Shown piece after piece: positions 60,301 to 64,000 of a stretch of DNA of 64,000 bases. The stretch covers positions 1,791-65,790 of the forward strand of contig JAWAYL010000003.1 of the NCBI GenBank assembly GCA_038818725.1, read 5' to 3'. Each line of letters opens with the position of its first letter. Positions within the stretch are counted from its first letter, which is position 1. The position numbers and the translations under genes were made by a program. Below the pieces are notes generated by a model. The model ran no database searches. It saw nothing but the letters and a program-made list of their open reading frames with translations, and was not told the origin of the DNA. This stretch comes from Thermoplasmatota archaeon (GTDB lineage Archaea > Thermoplasmatota > E2 > UBA202 > JdFR-43).

Positions 60301-62523
60301 CTACATGCTCAATATCTTGTAGATGATACAAATATTTATATCCTGAATGGGATAGCTGGTGACCCGATCGGAAATAATTTAACCATAGGCATCTCAAGTG
60401 GTGACGGGGCAAACAATCAGAATTGGCCATCTGGAATAAATCCGATAGGAGGAGCTACGCCGGTATTTCAATATTCTGGCTCATCTTATTATGGAGGAAT
60501 AAAATACGCTGGAACATATAAAGTAGTTTATTTCTCATTTGGTTTTGAAGCAATTAATAGTATGGCTCATAGAACAGAAGTTATGAGCAGAATAATGAAC
60601 TGGTTTGGGGGAGGAGGAAATGTATCAGATATTTATATAAATCCGTTGAATCTTGCATATGTAGTTGGAAGAGGAGAAATAATACATGAAAATATCGTGA
60701 TCGGAAATTCAATAAATGCAACAAGGAATCTGACATTTTCAATATCCTTACCACATGGCTTTATATTGCAATGGACTCATCAGCACGGCGGCGACGGCCA
60801 CTCAGAACTCGCCCAACCAGTAGGAGATATAGACGAAGATGGAATAAATGAATTTATTATTGGAGGATATGGAAGTGGAGGAACTTATATCTTTTCATAT
60901 GATTCATATAGTAAAACATATGTGCAAGAACATTTCTGGACACATGCTGGTGGCTCCTATAATGTGCCTTCTGGAGCTTGTGTTGTTGATTTAGATGATA
61001 ATGGTGACCTTGAGTTTGTGGTTTCGTGGGAATATAGTGGAGCAAATGGAATTCATGCTTATGATTGGAATGGAACAACGCTTACGGAGCTTGCGTGGTA
61101 TACAGGCACAGGATACGAGTTTGCATATGATGTTTATGCGTGTGATTATGACGACGATGGAGATGTTGAAGTGCTAATTGCAAATAGACCATCTTCTTCC
61201 ACTGGCTATCATGTTACTGCTTTAAGATGGAATAATACAACAAATCAATTTGAGAGAGAAATTTCATGGGGCAGTGGTCAAGCAACAGAATGTCCAATGG
61301 TATGGAGTGGAGATACTGATGGAGACGGAAAAACTGAAGTTATTGCAAGTGCTGGTACAAATACTGTATATGCTTTAAATTATCAGAACGGGAGTTGGCT
61401 GGCTACTATAGTTGCAAGTGGTCTGCCAGCTCATCCGTACGGTGTGGCATGCGGTGATTTAGATAGTGATGGGATAGATGAAATTGCTTTCGGATTAGAT
61501 GGAACACAGGCTTATATATACAAATGGAATGCAACATCTTCATCTTATCAACAGGTCTGGTACTATAATTATGCAGGAGAAAGTGATATTATAGAAGGAG
61601 TTGCAATTGGAGATGTAGATAATGATGGGCTAAAAGAAGTGGTTATTGGTCCAACTTATTTACACATTGTTAAATGGAATGGAACAGCATACAAAGAAGT
61701 TGCTACAATAACTGAAACCCAAGGAATGCTCGCTGGAGTAAATGTTGGAGATTTTGACAGCGATGGGAAAAATGAAATTAAAGCTTGTGACATTTTATCA
61801 GATGTGGGTAAGGAATGGATATTTGAGTATATAGAAGAGCCAAATTGGATTTTAATAAATCCAACGAATGGAACACTTCAGCCTGGACAAGAAATAAATA
61901 TATCTCTAACTATCAATACAGCAAATCTTGAGAATTTAACAAAAATTTATTTGCAGATAAATACAAATGATCCAGATGAAGCTATAATCCGCCTACCACT
62001 CTATATTTCTGTATTAAATGAAATAACCCATAACTTCTCCTTAGTTAATCCTTGGAACTTAATTACAATTCCAGTTTTAGCAAATTTAACTGCAAAAAGC
62101 TTAATTGAAAATATCTCAGCTTGTAATGTTGTTGTAAGATGGGATCCAATAAATCAAAGCTATAAAATATATACAGCAGGAATGCCAGAGCAATATAATT
62201 TTGCTTTAATTCCAGGAAATGGCTATTTTGTTGGATTAAATAATCAAGCAAATTACTCAATTACAGGAATGCCAATAAGTAGTGTAGAAGTAAATTTAAG
62301 TGTTGGATGGAATATGATAGGATGGTTTAAAGATTCAACAAATGCAAAGAGCTTAATGCAAAATATAACATCATGCAATATTGTATGCAAATGGGATGCA
62401 ATAAATCAGAAATATAAAGTATATGTGCAGGGAATGCCAGATTCATATAACTTTGCTATAAACAGAGGAGATGGAGTATTTGTAAGCGTTACTCAGCCAA
62501 GCATATGGCATGGAGAGGGATAA
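57358..62523 (+). CDS. Giant secreted C25-like peptidase: propeptide, C25 domain, CARDB modules, FG-GAP/VCBS repeats, duplicated C-terminal module
   Basis: GAPSLP propeptide, SDLYWS, AHA..GCHCG, LFGDP, repeated GD.D.DG..E, WNLI/GWNMI repeats. Confidence 0.82.
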   Translation: MIEMAAYKKMGIIFLSILMLTSTFPVYSGSSRGENLENSETLLYKINFPEPSLKEIEVNGKEFTIVEIPDCINTGKSGAPSLPVYGVQILLPYGSELEEVKVKGEKTAISTNLRGKPVFPYQEPVPIGYKGKEFFIDENAYKIEKYPEKIYDVIGVGYCRGYAILAMNLFPVEYYPVEGELFYYPLIEIELKLNKNGYVNEFYRNNPNDRSYVASLVINPEILDSYKVKSVFEYPGGICDPSQNYDYVIITRQALANFSGNYTWAHFIARKQAEGIQAIVVTVEDIVACQAYWNTTPIFNDTPAKIREFLRDAYIDWGIEYVLIAGDNDGSAMVQRRLLHYGTGAYAENVDSDLYWSNLDNTFNSDMDSQWGESDDSGFDLYSELFIGSIPCDTGTDISNWLTKSFYYADSMEKDYLENVGFYGGDTGWACQGDDFMDFTLYGTNNWLGPDPNYDGPWPSWLGFLYGFDTWNLSNPGMEFNTSVRWTAEPPNQGWQGGSESAAIAGLRNAINNNLCAIINGIAHANEHMSLDVYDTEWESQYFNTKPFFIHDYGCHCGDMDATDDGVLHSMLFHSNIELAFACVYNTGYGWGNYYSTNSSSALQQKLFWDYMLNTSKCGGVINWRLGKAQAYSKDAMAPTINWDPGYETWRGIIESCLLFGDPHQLIKPPELPEHNVGVVSLKVDDHVLPGEQVYINATIINSGLNNETNVIVRCRINETEIGNITIPFFQSQTMQEVSFLWIPAMGWYNVVINVTIPGVEENITVDNEKSKVVVAGPDVAVSSIDTPVFASVGTITEIKATLSNLGKEDEIVTVKIVVNNVTVDNISLILQGRRTENISLLWNPTYEGFYPVKIEVLCANDVYPENNFRSNNVNVVTALGYVLLVDDDKGDNYEIYYENALMAAGYVYTLWNRDAQGVPSPSYMATFTAVVWFTGDDYTTTLTAEDINALTTYLNNGGKLFITGQDIGFDINTDPFYSNYLHAQYLVDDTNIYILNGIAGDPIGNNLTIGISSGDGANNQNWPSGINPIGGATPVFQYSGSSYYGGIKYAGTYKVVYFSFGFEAINSMAHRTEVMSRIMNWFGGGGNVSDIYINPLNLAYVVGRGEIIHENIVIGNSINATRNLTFSISLPHGFILQWTHQHGGDGHSELAQPVGDIDEDGINEFIIGGYGSGGTYIFSYDSYSKTYVQEHFWTHAGGSYNVPSGACVVDLDDNGDLEFVVSWEYSGANGIHAYDWNGTTLTELAWYTGTGYEFAYDVYACDYDDDGDVEVLIANRPSSSTGYHVTALRWNNTTNQFEREISWGSGQATECPMVWSGDTDGDGKTEVIASAGTNTVYALNYQNGSWLATIVASGLPAHPYGVACGDLDSDGIDEIAFGLDGTQAYIYKWNATSSSYQQVWYYNYAGESDIIEGVAIGDVDNDGLKEVVIGPTYLHIVKWNGTAYKEVATITETQGMLAGVNVGDFDSDGKNEIKACDILSDVGKEWIFEYIEEPNWILINPTNGTLQPGQEINISLTINTANLENLTKIYLQINTNDPDEAIIRLPLYISVLNEITHNFSLVNPWNLITIPVLANLTAKSLIENISACNVVVRWDPINQSYKIYTAGMPEQYNFALIPGNGYFVGLNNQANYSITGMPISSVEVNLSVGWNMIGWFKDSTNAKSLMQNITSCNIVCKWDAINQKYKVYVQGMPDSYNFAINRGDGVFVSVTQPSIWHGEG

Positions 62524-62524
62524 A

Positions 62525-64000
62525 ATGAGAAAAATTATAGCAATTTTTGTTTTCTTCTCCATCTTTCTCTTATCTTTTTTAAATTTTTCTACAGGAGGAA
62601 GCCAAATTAAGAGGAGCAACTTAACTATTAATGCCTTTAACAATGGTGAAAAAATATTGATTGACTTAAAAATAGAAAAATTTGATTCTCAACAAATAGA
62701 AATAGATGGAAAAAGATATTACAAGGTTGGTATTGAAAAGGAAGGAAAAATAATGGAAAAGGGTTATCCAGAGCTTCCCAAGATATGTAGGAGTGTTATA
62801 ATTCCTGATAATATGGAGATGGAGGCAAGGATAATAGATGCAAAATTTATAGAATATGAAAATATAGATGTTGCACCTTCTAAGGGAAGCATTCTCCGAA
62901 CTATAGATCCAGATGAAGTTGAATATGAATTTGGAGAGATATATAAGGAAGATAAATGGTATCCTGGAAATATAGTAAATTTAAGGGAGCCATATATCTT
63001 AAGAGATTTTAGAGGGCAAACAGTGGAGATTTATCCTCTTCAGTATAATCCAGTTCAGAAGAAACTAAGATTTTATACTGATATAACCTTAGAAATATAT
63101 CCAAAAGAGGAAGGAGGAGCAAATGTGTATGAGAGAACAAAACCGCTTGAAAAAATTGATAGAGAGTTCAATGAAATTTACAAGAAACATTTTATAAATT
63201 ATAACAGTGCCAAATATATTCCTGTTGAAGAGGATGGAGGAATGCTTATAATATGTTATGATAGTTTTTACTCCTCAATGCTTCCCTTGGTTAGATGGAA
63301 AAACATGAAAGGGATACCAACTGAAATAGTAAATTTATCTGCTATAGGAAATACTCCAACTGCTATAAAAAATTATATCGTAAATTACTACAATACCCAT
63401 GATTTAACTTTTGTTTTGCTTGTTGGAGATGCCCAGCAAGTGCCAAGCATGTCTGCTGGAGGATATGCTTCTGATCCAAGCTATTCATATATAGTTGGAA
63501 ATGATCATTACCCAGATTTATTTGTTGGAAGATTTTCCGCTCAAAATATAGCCCAAGTTGAAACACAGGTAAATAGGAGCATAAATTACGAGAAATACCC
63601 ACAAATAGCAAATTGGTATAGCAAAGGAGTTGGAATAGCATCATCGCAAGGACCAGGAGATGACAATGAATACGACTATCAGCATATAAGAAATATAAGA
63701 AATAAATTACTCAATTACACCTATATCCAAGTTGATGAGTTATATGATGGTTCTCAGGGCGGAGAAGATGCGCCTGGCAATCCAACGCCGAGCATGGTTG
63801 CATCATCTATAAATGCTGGAAGGGGGATAATAAATTATTGCGGGCATGGAAGTGCAACTTCATGGACTACATCTGGATTTAGCAATAGCGATGTAAATTC
63901 TCTCCTAAATGATAATATGCTTCCTTTTATATGGTCTGTTGCTTGTGATAACGGAAAGTTTGATACATATGATACATGTTTTGCGGAAGCATGGCTGAGA
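62525..64000 (+). CDS. Gingipain R-like C25 cysteine peptidase, 3'-truncated (absent from ORF track)
   Basis: Manual reading: MRKIIAIFVFF signal peptide, GYPELPKICRS propeptide, LLVGDA, VGRFSA, INYCGHGS, SVACDNG; runs off the window end. Confidence 0.9.
   Translation, partial: MRKIIAIFVFFSIFLLSFLNFSTGGSQIKRSNLTINAFNNGEKILIDLKIEKFDSQQIEIDGKRYYKVGIEKEGKIMEKGYPELPKICRSVIIPDNMEMEARIIDAKFIEYENIDVAPSKGSILRTIDPDEVEYEFGEIYKEDKWYPGNIVNLREPYILRDFRGQTVEIYPLQYNPVQKKLRFYTDITLEIYPKEEGGANVYERTKPLEKIDREFNEIYKKHFINYNSAKYIPVEEDGGMLIICYDSFYSSMLPLVRWKNMKGIPTEIVNLSAIGNTPTAIKNYIVNYYNTHDLTFVLLVGDAQQVPSMSAGGYASDPSYSYIVGNDHYPDLFVGRFSAQNIAQVETQVNRSINYEKYPQIANWYSKGVGIASSQGPGDDNEYDYQHIRNIRNKLLNYTYIQVDELYDGSQGGEDAPGNPTPSMVASSINAGRGIINYCGHGSATSWTTSGFSNSDVNSLLNDNMLPFIWSVACDNGKFDTYDTCFAEAWLR

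Overview
AT-rich, densely coded archaeal chromosome segment. Gene content (rpl44e-rps27e-aIF2alpha-nop10-PAC2, rpl7ae-rps28e-rpl24e-ndk, rps6e-aIF2gamma-PIN, ribB-ribL-ribC, class II HMG-CoA reductase, methanogen-type SerRS, four gingipain/C25-like secreted proteases) suggests an uncultured Thermoplasmatota lineage of the MBG-D/DHVEG-1 type; the taxonomy is an inference. No CRISPR array, rRNA, prophage or transposase was seen. The strongest signals are non-coding. (1) Three dispersed tRNA genes (Gly-TCC, His-GTG, Gly-GCC) carry the same 44-45 nt intron at T-loop position 59/60. Two copies are identical, the intron is built from GCAASTTGY repeats, and it forms a relaxed bulge-helix-loop splice motif, which points to a recently spreading tRNA intron. 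(2) A two-hairpin box H/ACA guide RNA with K-loops lies between ndk and panE, with predicted targets in the 23S peptidyl-transferase centre. (3) A probable k-turn covers the l7ae ribosome-binding site. Protein-level oddities are a shortened PdxS homolog lacking catalytic residues, a bacterial-type QueF, a LuxE plus transglutaminase-like gene pair without LuxC, and a GPN GTPase with a GIN loop. Product calls come from motif recognition only; no database search was run.
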